Shown: positions 41,142 through 50,555 of the stretch, piece after piece
How the letters are laid out: the number at the start of each line of letters is the position of its first letter
How positions within the stretch are numbered: the stretch's first letter is position 1
Assembly (NCBI GenBank): GCA_964291405.2
Contig: OZ219926.1
Location: 768,001 to 832,000, forward strand
Source of the DNA: Thermodesulfobacteriota bacterium
GTDB lineage: Bacteria > Desulfobacterota > Binatia > Bin18
Direction of reading: 5' to 3'
DNA: 64,000 nt
Position numbers and translations under genes: made by a program
The notes under the pieces: model-generated
Told to the model about the DNA's origin: nothing
Database searches by the model: none
What the model saw: the letters and a program-made list of their open reading frames with translations, nothing else

Positions 41142-42913
41142 TGAAGCGCTTTCTCCCGTTTCTCGACCTCCGGGCTTACCAGCTTCGTCATCTTCCTCGG
41201 GACCTGCTCGCCAGCCCGAGCGTGACCTTTCTCGACATTCCCCAAGGCGTGGCCTATGCCATGATTGCCGGTCTTCCCCCGGCCATGGGCCTGTATGCAG
41301 CAGCCATGCCGGCCATAGTGGGCGCGCTGTTCCGCAGCTCCCGCCATGTTGTGACTGGCCCTACGAACGCCGTGAGTCTGCTGGTTGGCACCGCCGTCGC
41401 TGCCGAGGTGGCGCACGGTGGCGCGAGTCCCATGACCGTCGGAGTCACCCTGGCCTTTATGGTTGGGGTTGTCCAATTTCTCGCCGGGCTACTGCGACTC
41501 GACGCGCTCGCCGATTATATCTCACAGCCGGTTGTCCGTGGGTATATCTCAGGAGCCGCCGTCCTGATTCTGATCGGCCAGCTTCCCAATGCAACCGGCA
41601 CGGTTCGCGTTGTCGGCAATCCCATCCAGATGATCGGCGGCTGGCTGTCTTCGCTCTCGGAAGTCCAACTGCTCGCCGTCCTTTTCACCCTCGGCACAAT
41701 TGCCTGTGTCCTATATCTGCGTCACTTTTATCCCCGTCTGCCAGCCGCCATTCTCGCCCTGGGGCTCAGCATCGTTGTGGCACGCGTCTTTCAGTTGTCT
41801 GACGCCGGGCTCCAACTAGTTGCCGACCTCGCCCCTCTGCCAGCCGGTCTGCCGCCGTTCACCGTGCCGCACCTGGACCAGTGGGCGAGCCTGCTCCCGA
41901 TGGCACTTGCCTGTGCTGTCCTGTCCCTGGTTGAGTCCAGTTCTGTGGCCCGTACGCTTGCGACCAAGTCGGGGCAGCGACTTGATATGGCGGCCGAATT
42001 TTCGGGCCAGGGACTGGCAAATATCGCTGCCGCTTTCTCGGGCGGCTACCCGGTCAGCGGCAGTTTGGCCCGTTCAACCTTGAATCAGCAAGCTGGAGCA
42101 CAGAGCCGTCTGTCGGCGCTGTTTTGCGGACTGTTGATGCTGGCCGTGCTGCTCTTTCTCGGACCCGTGGTCAATCAGACTCCGATTGCCAGTCTGGCCG
42201 GTCTGTTGTTCGTCTTAGCCTCGGATCTCATCGACAGGGATCGTATTCGTATGATACTGCGCGGTACCCGGGGCGACCGGGTGGCATTTCTCACCACGCT
42301 CGTCGGGACGTGGCTCGTACCGCTCGATCAAGCCATTTATATTGGCGTCGGGATCAGTATTCTCCTCTTTTTACGTCGCGCCCGGCTGCTCACGATCCGA
42401 GAGATGACGATCAGCGAGAAAGGCCGCTTTCGAGAGGTTGACCAAGAGCAGGAAGATCAGGGGCAACACTGTTCCGCTATTCGTATCCTCAACCTGACGG
42501 GCCCATTATTTTTTGCAGCATCAGGAGAGCTACAAGCCGCGGTTGAGCGAATAAATGTCGAGCCTCATATCCGCGTCGTTATTCTCCGCATCCGCCAGAC
42601 GCAGGGCCTGGACATCACCATCGCCAGCCTACTCGAATCCAGCCAACGTCAGTTGGAGAGCTCCGGCAAAACCCTCCTCGTCCTGGGTCTGCGTCCCGAC
42701 GCCATGCAGCTATTTGAAAAAACCGGTATCGCTACGCGTATCGGGCCGACAAATCTCTTTCCGGCCCAATCCGGCTGGTTTACCGCCATGGAGGCCGCTC
42801 TCCGCCGCGCCCTCGCGCTGGCAGGAGGGCATAGCTGCGGCACGCACTGTCCGTTTGCCGCATATCTCACCGCCCAAGAGGCACTTCGTGGTAATCCCGC
42901 AGCATCACATTGA
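41141..42913 (+). CDS. SulP/SLC26 anion transporter with a STAS domain
   Basis: IPQGVAYAMIAGLP, VVTGPT, QGLANI, PVSGSLARS and GPLFFA. The start overlaps the upstream stop. Confidence 0.92.
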   Translation: MKRFLPFLDLRAYQLRHLPRDLLASPSVTFLDIPQGVAYAMIAGLPPAMGLYAAAMPAIVGALFRSSRHVVTGPTNAVSLLVGTAVAAEVAHGGASPMTVGVTLAFMVGVVQFLAGLLRLDALADYISQPVVRGYISGAAVLILIGQLPNATGTVRVVGNPIQMIGGWLSSLSEVQLLAVLFTLGTIACVLYLRHFYPRLPAAILALGLSIVVARVFQLSDAGLQLVADLAPLPAGLPPFTVPHLDQWASLLPMALACAVLSLVESSSVARTLATKSGQRLDMAAEFSGQGLANIAAAFSGGYPVSGSLARSTLNQQAGAQSRLSALFCGLLMLAVLLFLGPVVNQTPIASLAGLLFVLASDLIDRDRIRMILRGTRGDRVAFLTTLVGTWLVPLDQAIYIGVGISILLFLRRARLLTIREMTISEKGRFREVDQEQEDQGQHCSAIRILNLTGPLFFAASGELQAAVERINVEPHIRVVILRIRQTQGLDITIASLLESSQRQLESSGKTLLVLGLRPDAMQLFEKTGIATRIGPTNLFPAQSGWFTAMEAALRRALALAGGHSCGTHCPFAAYLTAQEALRGNPAASH

Positions 42914-43057
42914 CAGAAGGCAGACCTATCTGAAAACCCTCAGTCCCGGTCGCAGGGCAACCTCCGTTCCAAAATCCCCTTGCCTTGGCCTCTGCGTCTG
43001 GTTACGTTGATGCCGTTTTGTAGGAGGGGTCCGTACCCAGGGGAAGGATGTCACCGG

Positions 43058-44443
43058 ATGTCGCAGTACGTTGAAGGACCAGACGCAGGTCTTGTTGTTG
43101 AAGACCATGCCCAACTCATCGAATACTTCTTTGACGCTGCAAAGCCCCGAGCAGACTGGCGTATTGGCACAGAGTACGAACTGCTCGGCGTGTCACGTCG
43201 GAGCGGTCGTGCCGCGCGCTACTCCGGTCGACGCGGCATTGAGTATATCTTGAGCCGATTGGCAGACTCCCTGGAATGGGAACCCCAGGAAGAAGAAGGC
43301 CGTATTATCGCCCTCCAGGGCGAGCGCGCCAATATCGCCCTTGAACCCGGTGCTCAGCTCGAACTCTCCGGCGAACAGTGCGAAACTGTCCATTGTGCGG
43401 ACAAAGAACTTCGTCGCCATCTCAAGCACCTGCTACCCATTGCGGACGAATTGGACATTGACTTCGTGAACTTGGGAGTCCAGCCGGTCAGCCCGCTCGA
43501 CGACATCCAGTGGATTCCCAAAACGCGCTATCAGATCATGGCCCCGTATATGGAGAAGGTCGGCACGCTGGGACACCGCATGATGAAGCAGACCGCTTCC
43601 ATTCAGGTCAATTTCGACTTCAGCGATGAAGCCGACGCTATGCTGAAGTTTAAGGCCAGCATGGGCCTCGTGCCCATCCTGTCTGCCATGTTTGCCAACT
43701 CCCCGATTTCAGATGGCAGTCTGAACGGTTTTATGACCATGCGCGGCCACGTCTGGACTGCAACGGACAAACGCCGGTGTGGCCTGCTGCCTTTTGCCTT
43801 TGCGGACGCTCCGACATTTGAAGACTATGCCGAATACGCGCTGAATATTCCCATGTATTTCATTGTGCGCAAGGGTCAGTGGATCAATATGACCCATATG
43901 TCCTTTCGCCAATTTTTGGAGGAGGGACATGAAGGCGAACGCCCCACCCTGGAAGACTGGAGCATTCACCTGACAACCCTTTTTCCGGAAGTGCGGATCA
44001 AAAAATACCTGGAGATCCGCTGCTTCGACAACCAGCCATTCGAATACATGCTGGCCGTCCCGGCCCTCACCAAGGGCATCTTCTTTGATACCGACCCCCT
44101 GCTGGCCGCCTGGGATCTGGTCAAAAAATGGAGTTGGGACGAACGCCTCGAAGCCTATCATCAGGCCCATCGCCAGGCCCTGGGCGCACGTGTGCGGGGC
44201 ATCCGCCTGCTCGATCTGGCCAAAGAACTGGTAACGATTGCCTGGGAGGGCCTGGGACGGCATAACGACTGCAACGAGGCCGGCGCAAATGAGACCATCT
44301 ATCTTGAGCGACTACGTGATGAGATCGACAAAGGCCAATGTCCAGCCTATCGCGTGATTGAAGAGTGGATGACCCACTGGAACTATGACGCCAAACGCCT
44401 CGTTGACGGCACGGCCTACCGGCTGCCGGATGAGGACGAATAA
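43058..44443 (+). CDS. gshA: Glutamate-cysteine ligase (GCS2/plant-type)
   Basis: RIGTEYE, LEPGAQLELSG, IPKTRY.IM, MM.QTASIQVNFD, FANSP, HLTTLFPEVR.K.YLEIR. Own promoter candidate TTGCCT-17-TACGTT near 42980. Confidence 0.9.
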   Translation: MSQYVEGPDAGLVVEDHAQLIEYFFDAAKPRADWRIGTEYELLGVSRRSGRAARYSGRRGIEYILSRLADSLEWEPQEEEGRIIALQGERANIALEPGAQLELSGEQCETVHCADKELRRHLKHLLPIADELDIDFVNLGVQPVSPLDDIQWIPKTRYQIMAPYMEKVGTLGHRMMKQTASIQVNFDFSDEADAMLKFKASMGLVPILSAMFANSPISDGSLNGFMTMRGHVWTATDKRRCGLLPFAFADAPTFEDYAEYALNIPMYFIVRKGQWINMTHMSFRQFLEEGHEGERPTLEDWSIHLTTLFPEVRIKKYLEIRCFDNQPFEYMLAVPALTKGIFFDTDPLLAAWDLVKKWSWDERLEAYHQAHRQALGARVRGIRLLDLAKELVTIAWEGLGRHNDCNEAGANETIYLERLRDEIDKGQCPAYRVIEEWMTHWNYDAKRLVDGTAYRLPDEDE

Positions 44444-44528
44444 GCAGTAGCCCCTCCCTCAACACCGCTTGCCTCTCCCCACCACCCTGCCGAGGACCGC
44501 GGCATAACGGCCTTACCCGCTCTTGAGG

Positions 44529-46250
44529 TTACACCGAGCCGTCAACGCGTACGGTCAGAATATCAACGTTGTGATACTGTTGGTGTCGTACAGATGAGGC
44601 GAAGTGGCGCAGCAAACGTAGCGAGATTTCACGCTCGTTTGGCGTTTCCACGTGTTCTCCGAGCAAGGCCATGTGGTCTTCAAGGTTTTCCTCGCCAATC
44701 GCCGCCATAAACTCCAACTCCACGGCACCGCCGTCCTGACGCGCGATCACGTGCAAACGGCGTCCCGCGTGAGTCGCCGAGTCCTCCCGTTGTTGCACCA
44801 GACTCAGCATCGCTTCCTCGCCGATCAAACCCAGGCGTTGGGTCGCTTCTGTGCTCCACCTCAGTCGGGCGGCACACTCGCTCAGGAAAGCCTCAAGCTG
44901 CGGCAAGCTCTCGATTGCCAACTCCATTTCAAGATGTCTGCGGCGGGGGCTGGTCAACTCCATGAATGCGGTTAATCCCACCACCATGAGCCCCCCCGCG
45001 GTGATGCCGTCGCTCAGGAGCAGTTCCCAGGCCCCGCTCAGGTAGTCGGGGAAAATGGCCTGATACTGGAAGCCCACCCCAACCCAGAACGACACGCCGG
45101 TCACCAGCGCTTTACGATAATCGCTCCCTCCTTGGAGAATAAGTTGCATCCCCTGATTCAGTATGGGTCCAAACAGAATAATGAGATAGGCGGCAGCCAC
45201 CGGACTTGGAATGGCGATCAACACGGCCATCACCTTCGGCAGGAACGCCAAGACGAAAAAGACGACGCCGATGCATACCCCGACACGACGCGCTGCCACA
45301 CCGGTCAACTCCACAAACGGCGCACTTGATGGAGCAGTCCCACTCGGTATCGTCCCAGCGATACCACACAGCAGATTACCCAAACCGACGGTGGCAACCG
45401 CACCCTGGACCGAGCGGAGATCAGTCGCCCGCCGTCTGCGCCACGAGACCCGCTGAGTAGCAACGGCATGGCCGAGGGTCCCGGTCGTTCCGATTAGTGC
45501 CACAAACAGGAACCCCGGCAGGAGAGACCAGAAGGCGGGACTAAACGTCAGCCCCACCCCTGGCCAAGCATTCGAAGGAAAACCGACCCAGGGCGCGGCT
45601 AATATCTGCCCGGTATCGTACAGGCCAAAAGGCGCGGCCACCGCGCAGCCTAGCGCAATCCCAATAAGCGGCGCCCATGGTCGCCATGCCGCTGAGGCCC
45701 GTAGCGAGAGCGCTAAAGCCACGGCAAAGGTGACCACCCCACTCGTCGGGGCCGCAGCCCATGGCGTCCCTTCCGGCACCTCGTTCAGCATCCGAAAGAC
45801 TGCTGGCATGATGGAAACAGGTATCAGGGCGAGAATCGTCCCGGTCACGACCGGCGTGATGAAACGCCGCAGCAAGGAGAGACGGGTGGCCAGCGCAAAC
45901 TGAAATATCGAGGCCACAATAAGCAGGGTGGCCATCAGGGACGGGCCGCCTTCAACGAGCGCCGTGATACATACGCCGATGAAGGCACTGCTGGTCACCA
46001 TGGGGAGCACATATCCGGAGCCAAAGCGCCCGATGCGGAAAACCTGCAATACCGATGTCGCCGCATTCACCGCAAACAGCGCAAAGATGCTCCAGGACAG
46101 ATAGGTGTCGTCCTGATTCGCCGCCCGCATGATAATAGTCGGAATGAGTACCAGGCCGGGACACATGATCATCGCCCGCTGAAAGCTGAGCCCAAAGGCG
46201 AGCGTATACGGTGGGCGTTCATCAGGTTCGTAGAGGAGAGAAGGCATCAT
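44529..46250 (-). CDS. NCS2 xanthine/uracil permease with a C-terminal degenerate HATPase (RsbW-like) domain
   Basis: YEPDERPP, ITPVVTG, APW.GFP, ELTGVAARRVG and FLPKV; the extra ~140-aa tail has an anti-sigma-kinase-like pattern. Confidence 0.8.
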   Translation of the reverse strand: MMPSLLYEPDERPPYTLAFGLSFQRAMIMCPGLVLIPTIIMRAANQDDTYLSWSIFALFAVNAATSVLQVFRIGRFGSGYVLPMVTSSAFIGVCITALVEGGPSLMATLLIVASIFQFALATRLSLLRRFITPVVTGTILALIPVSIMPAVFRMLNEVPEGTPWAAAPTSGVVTFAVALALSLRASAAWRPWAPLIGIALGCAVAAPFGLYDTGQILAAPWVGFPSNAWPGVGLTFSPAFWSLLPGFLFVALIGTTGTLGHAVATQRVSWRRRRATDLRSVQGAVATVGLGNLLCGIAGTIPSGTAPSSAPFVELTGVAARRVGVCIGVVFFVLAFLPKVMAVLIAIPSPVAAAYLIILFGPILNQGMQLILQGGSDYRKALVTGVSFWVGVGFQYQAIFPDYLSGAWELLLSDGITAGGLMVVGLTAFMELTSPRRRHLEMELAIESLPQLEAFLSECAARLRWSTEATQRLGLIGEEAMLSLVQQREDSATHAGRRLHVIARQDGGAVELEFMAAIGEENLEDHMALLGEHVETPNEREISLRLLRHFASSVRHQQYHNVDILTVRVDGSV

Positions 46251-46498
46251 TCACCCTCATTCCATGCATAGTCTCGTCCCAGCCGGCCTAACGCAGGGCC
46301 GGTGTAATGAACTTGGCACAAACATCACTTTCGCTGAGACGTGTCTTTTCCATGGCTAGCTTACCCATATTCATCATATCTCACCCCCATACGCCAGCAC
46401 AGCGTCTCCCCATCTAACCCCCATCCCCTTTTCTGTTTCCCCTCCCCGCGTTTCGTGTTATGAAGCCGGTACACAACGATTGAAATAAGGAGGGTCGT

Positions 46499-47467
46499 AT
46501 GGATATTCCCAAAGACAAGCTCCTCTGGATTTATGAGCGTATGCAGCTCATCCGGGTGTTTGAAACCAGGGTCAGTACCGAGTTTGGGAAGGGAAAGATC
46601 CCAGGCTTCGTGCATCTCTATGCCGGGGAAGAAGCGGTCGCGGTCGGGATCTGTGCCAATCTCACGGACGCTGACTATATGACCTCTACCCATCGCGGAC
46701 ACGGGCACTGTGTGGCAAAAGGGGTGGACGTACAGGGCATGATGGCCGAACTGTTCGGCAAAGCCACGGGGATTTGCAAGGGCAAGGGCGGCTCCATGCA
46801 TATCGCCGATATGGACAAGGGTATGCTGGGAGCCAACGGGATTGTCGGCGGCGGCCCGCCGCTCGCCTGCGGGTCCGGCCTGACCGCCAAAACCAATGGC
46901 ACCGACCAGGTGACCATCTGCTTCTTTGGCGATGGAGCCTCAGAGCAAGGCACCTTGCACGAGAGCCTCAACCTGGCCGCAATCTGGAAGCTGCCTATTA
47001 TTTTTGTGGCCGAGAATAACGGCTATGCCGAGTCGACGCCGGCGCATTATCATTGCAGCGTCGAGAATATCGCCGACCGCGCCGCAGCGTACAACATGCC
47101 GGGCGTCACCATAGACGGGAACGACCTGTTTGCCGTGTATGAATCGGCGCATGAGGCCGTTGCGCGCGCCCGGGCCGGACAGGGCCCGAGCCTGCTGGAG
47201 TGCAAGACCTATCGTCACCACGGCCATTTTGAAGGCGATGCGCAGACCTATAAAATCGCGGAAGAAAACGAAAAATACCGTACCGAACTCGATCCGATCA
47301 AGCGCTTTAAAGACGCCGTCCTGCCCCGTGGCCTTATATCCGAAGACGAGTTGGCGGCAATCGATCAACGGGTCAACGGCGCGATTGACGAAGCCGTCAC
47401 ATTCGCGGAAGACAGCCCCTTCCCCGAGGTCCAGGAAACCTTCACTGATGTGTATGTGAGTTATTAG
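46499..47467 (+). CDS. acoA: Acetoin/pyruvate dehydrogenase E1 alpha subunit
   Basis: PGFVHLYAGEEA, STHRGHGH, GGSMHIAD, GDGA..NN TPP-binding motif and YRHHGHFEGD. Confidence 0.9.
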   Translation: MDIPKDKLLWIYERMQLIRVFETRVSTEFGKGKIPGFVHLYAGEEAVAVGICANLTDADYMTSTHRGHGHCVAKGVDVQGMMAELFGKATGICKGKGGSMHIADMDKGMLGANGIVGGGPPLACGSGLTAKTNGTDQVTICFFGDGASEQGTLHESLNLAAIWKLPIIFVAENNGYAESTPAHYHCSVENIADRAAAYNMPGVTIDGNDLFAVYESAHEAVARARAGQGPSLLECKTYRHHGHFEGDAQTYKIAEENEKYRTELDPIKRFKDAVLPRGLISEDELAAIDQRVNGAIDEAVTFAEDSPFPEVQETFTDVYVSY

Positions 47468-47486
47468 GAACTTGCGGAGAAATACT

Positions 47487-48500
47487 ATGGCAGAGCGAGA
47501 ATTGAATTTTGGTGAGGCGCTGAATGAAGCCATGCGTCAGGAGATGCAGCGCGACCCGAAAGTGGTGATCATGGGCGAGGACGTTGCCGGCGGAGCCGAT
47601 GTCGATCACCTCGAAGGCGACGAAGCCTGGGGCGGCGTCCTGGGCGTGACAAAAGGTCTGGTCAAAGAGTTTGGCCGGGATCGTGTTATTGATACGCCTA
47701 TCAGCGAGTCCGGCTTTATTGGCGCGGCTGTTGGCGCCGCGGCCACCGGCCTACGTCCCATTGCCGAGATGATGTTCGTCGGGTTTATGGGCGTATGTTT
47801 TGATCAGCTTCTGAACCAGGGCGCCAAACTCCGCTATATGTTTGGCGGCAAAGCCAAAGTCCCCCTGGTGATTCGGACCATCTGCGGGGGCGGATACCGC
47901 GCCGCGGCCCAGCACTCTCAGGTGTTGCATTCCCTCTTTACCCATATCCCCGGCCTCAAAACGGTCGTCCCCTCGACGCCGTATGACGCCAAAGGGCTCC
48001 TGATTTCGGCGATCCGGGATGATGATCTGGTGATCTTCTTTGAGGATATCACCTTCGGCGGCATCAAGGGCGCCGTGCCGGAGGAAGACTACAGTATTCC
48101 GTTTGGAAAGGCAGACATTAAGCGGGCCGGTGAGGATGTCACGATCGTGGCTATCGGCAAGATGGTCCATCATTCCCTGGCCGCAGCCACGGAGCTAGAA
48201 AAGCAGGGCAAAAGCGCGGAGGTGATCGATCCTCGCACCCTCTCGCCCTTTGACGAAGACGCGGTTCTGGCCTCGGTCGAAAAGACGGGCCGACTGGTGA
48301 TTGCCGACGAATCGCACCCACGCTGCAACGTGGCAACCGATATCGCGGCCATGGTCGCGGACAAGGGGTTTGATTATTTGAACGCGCCCATAAAAATGGT
48401 GTCGGCCCCTCACACCCCGGTGCCGTTCAGCCCGCCCCTGGAAGATCACTATCTGCCCAACCCGCAGAAAATCAGCGAGGCGGCTCTGGGATTGTTTTAG
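47487..48500 (+). CDS. acoB: Acetoin/pyruvate dehydrogenase E1 beta subunit
   Basis: MGEDVAGG..AWGGVLGVTKGL, DTPISE, AAAQHSQ and PHTPVPFSP. Confidence 0.9.
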   Translation: MAERELNFGEALNEAMRQEMQRDPKVVIMGEDVAGGADVDHLEGDEAWGGVLGVTKGLVKEFGRDRVIDTPISESGFIGAAVGAAATGLRPIAEMMFVGFMGVCFDQLLNQGAKLRYMFGGKAKVPLVIRTICGGGYRAAAQHSQVLHSLFTHIPGLKTVVPSTPYDAKGLLISAIRDDDLVIFFEDITFGGIKGAVPEEDYSIPFGKADIKRAGEDVTIVAIGKMVHHSLAAATELEKQGKSAEVIDPRTLSPFDEDAVLASVEKTGRLVIADESHPRCNVATDIAAMVADKGFDYLNAPIKMVSAPHTPVPFSPPLEDHYLPNPQKISEAALGLF

Positions 48501-48503
48501 GCA

Positions 48504-48570
48504 TGAGGGACTGAGGCTTGGGGAAACCTAATCTCCAACCCCCAGTCCCCAACCCCTAACCCCTATTTCC
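48504..48570. repeat. Short heptamer tandem repeat forming an intergenic hairpin
   Basis: Units CTCCAAC CCCCAGT CCCCAAC CCCTAAC CCCTATT, preceded by a roughly complementary GGGACTGAGGCTTGGGGA. Confidence 0.6.
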
Positions 48571-48571
48571 C

Positions 48572-49549
48572 ATGTTATCCGTCGGTATTATTGCAAACCC
48601 GCGTGCGGGCAAGGACATCCGCCGCCTTGTGGCACATGGTTCCATTCTTGATACTCAGGAAAAAGTCTATATCGTCCGGCGGGCCATTCTCGGCATTCAA
48701 GGTGCCGGGGCGAACGAAGTGGTCCTCTTTCCCGACCCGGCCAATATCTTTACCAAAGCCCTGTCCGGGATAGAAAACGAGCTGCGTCTCATCACGCGTT
48801 TTCTTGAAATGTCGATCTTTGATGAGGCTAGCGATTCAACCCGAGCGGCGCAGCTCATGCGCGAGCAAGGGGTGGCCTGCGTTATCGTCATTGGCGGCGA
48901 CGGCACCAACCGGGTGGTCACCAAAGGCAGTGGCAGCATGCCGCTCGTTCCGCTTTCAACCGGAACGAATAACGCCTTTCCCCAGTTTTTAGAGTCAACC
49001 CTGGCGGGCTTGGCCGCAGGCTATTACGCGGCCCGACACTTCTCCCCGGAAACGTGTACCCGCCCGACCAAGCGGCTCAACCTGTACCGGAATGGGACGC
49101 TCGAAGACATCGCCCTGGTTGATGCGGCCGTGTGTGATTACCAGTTTGTTGGCGCCAGGGCCGTGTGGGAGGCCGAGCGTATCAAGGAACTCTTTCTCAC
49201 CCAGGGCCAGCCCACGAATATCGGCCTAGCCTCAATCGGTGGCAGCCTGCATCCTATCCGTCCGGCTGACGATGCCGGGCTGTATGTCCGCTTCGGGGGT
49301 AATACCCGCTCGATCAACGCGCCTATTGCGCCTGGGATGGTGGTTCCCGTCTCTATCCAACACCATGGCCTGATGGAGATTGGCGCTCGGATGCCCGTCA
49401 CTTTTACGCCCTCGATTATCGCACTCGATGGTGAGCGAGAACTGGTCGTGAATGCAGACGACCGGTGGGAAGTTGAACTCTCGTGGGATGGCCCGCGCGT
49501 GCTGGATATTGAAAAGGTCATGGACACCGCCCGTCAGCCCACCGAGTAA
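48572..49549 (+). CDS. acoX: AcoX-like ATP-NAD kinase-family protein
   Basis: GIIANPRAGKDIRRLVA, GGDGTNR, STGTNNAFP and ALDGERE; follows acoAB. Confidence 0.85.
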   Translation: MLSVGIIANPRAGKDIRRLVAHGSILDTQEKVYIVRRAILGIQGAGANEVVLFPDPANIFTKALSGIENELRLITRFLEMSIFDEASDSTRAAQLMREQGVACVIVIGGDGTNRVVTKGSGSMPLVPLSTGTNNAFPQFLESTLAGLAAGYYAARHFSPETCTRPTKRLNLYRNGTLEDIALVDAAVCDYQFVGARAVWEAERIKELFLTQGQPTNIGLASIGGSLHPIRPADDAGLYVRFGGNTRSINAPIAPGMVVPVSIQHHGLMEIGARMPVTFTPSIIALDGERELVVNADDRWEVELSWDGPRVLDIEKVMDTARQPTE

Positions 49550-49578
49550 GCCGGCCCCAACCCAGGAAGACGCGCCGC

Positions 49579-50544
49579 ATGAAAATCGTTCTATGCTCTA
49601 CCCATTTCCCTCATTGTTCCGAGACGCTCCGACACCATCTGCCGGATGACACCATTATTGCCTGTCCGGCGGAGGAGGTGCTGAGTACGACGCGCGATGC
49701 CGATGTGGTTGTGCCGACCATGCACCGCGTGGACGCGGAAATTATTCGAGCCACCTCGGCACGCATGATCCACCAGTTCGGCGTCGGGCTCGAAGGCGTG
49801 GATATTCCGGTTGCGACCGAACAAGGTATCTATGTGGCCAATGTCCCAGGCCAGGAAGGGGCGGGCAACGCCGCCTCAGTCTCGGAGCACGCCATCTTTC
49901 TCATGCTCGCCTTAGCCCGAAAATTTCCCCAGGCGGCTGAAAACGTACGGCGCGGTGTCTTTGGCTCCCCTATGGGTAAGGGACTGCTGAATAAGACGGT
50001 CGCCATTCTCGGCGTCGGGAGTATCGGGACGGAACTGGCCAGTCGCCTGCGCCATTTTGACGTGCGTCTGCTGGGCCTGAAACAACACCCGTCCGAACGC
50101 ATCAAAGAAGAATACGGGTTTGACTTCCTTGGTGGGCCGCCCGACCTCAGTCACGTCCTGGCAGAAGCCGACTTCGTTGTCCTGGCCCTTCCGGTCACGC
50201 CCCACACGCGGGAGGTCATCAATGCGCAGGCCCTCGCCGGCATGAAGAACACGACCTATCTCATTAATGTTGGGCGTGGCCCGGTCATCGATCATGACGC
50301 CCTAGTGACGGCTCTGGCCAATAAAGATATCGCCGGAGCAGCTCTGGACGTTTTTTGGGACGAGCCGACCGACCCGGCCGACCCGCTGTTTCGATATAAT
50401 GTGATTGCTACGCCCCATACCGCGGGCGTGACCGATTTGTCGTATAACGACATCGCGCGCGGCTTGGCTGCCAATGTCAACCGTCTGCGCGCCGGCGAGC
50501 CGCCCATCAACTGTGTCAATCTGGCGGAAGTCCGAGCCAAATAG
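49579..50544 (+). CDS. D-isomer-specific 2-hydroxyacid dehydrogenase
   Basis: GVGSIG Rossmann motif, INVGRG, LDVF..EP and TPHTAG. Confidence 0.9.
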   Translation: MKIVLCSTHFPHCSETLRHHLPDDTIIACPAEEVLSTTRDADVVVPTMHRVDAEIIRATSARMIHQFGVGLEGVDIPVATEQGIYVANVPGQEGAGNAASVSEHAIFLMLALARKFPQAAENVRRGVFGSPMGKGLLNKTVAILGVGSIGTELASRLRHFDVRLLGLKQHPSERIKEEYGFDFLGGPPDLSHVLAEADFVVLALPVTPHTREVINAQALAGMKNTTYLINVGRGPVIDHDALVTALANKDIAGAALDVFWDEPTDPADPLFRYNVIATPHTAGVTDLSYNDIARGLAANVNRLRAGEPPINCVNLAEVRAK

Positions 50545-50555
50545 CTCCCTGCTCT

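Noticed and set aside
31944-44443. Ergothioneine pathway (EgtE-like PLP enzyme plus EgtA-like ligase)
   Set aside because: The two genes are about 10 kb apart, and egtB, egtC and egtD are absent from the window.
46312-46335. Possible sigma54 promoter for acoAB (TGGCAC)
   Set aside because: The -12 element reads TCAC rather than TTGC, and no acoR-type activator is in the window.
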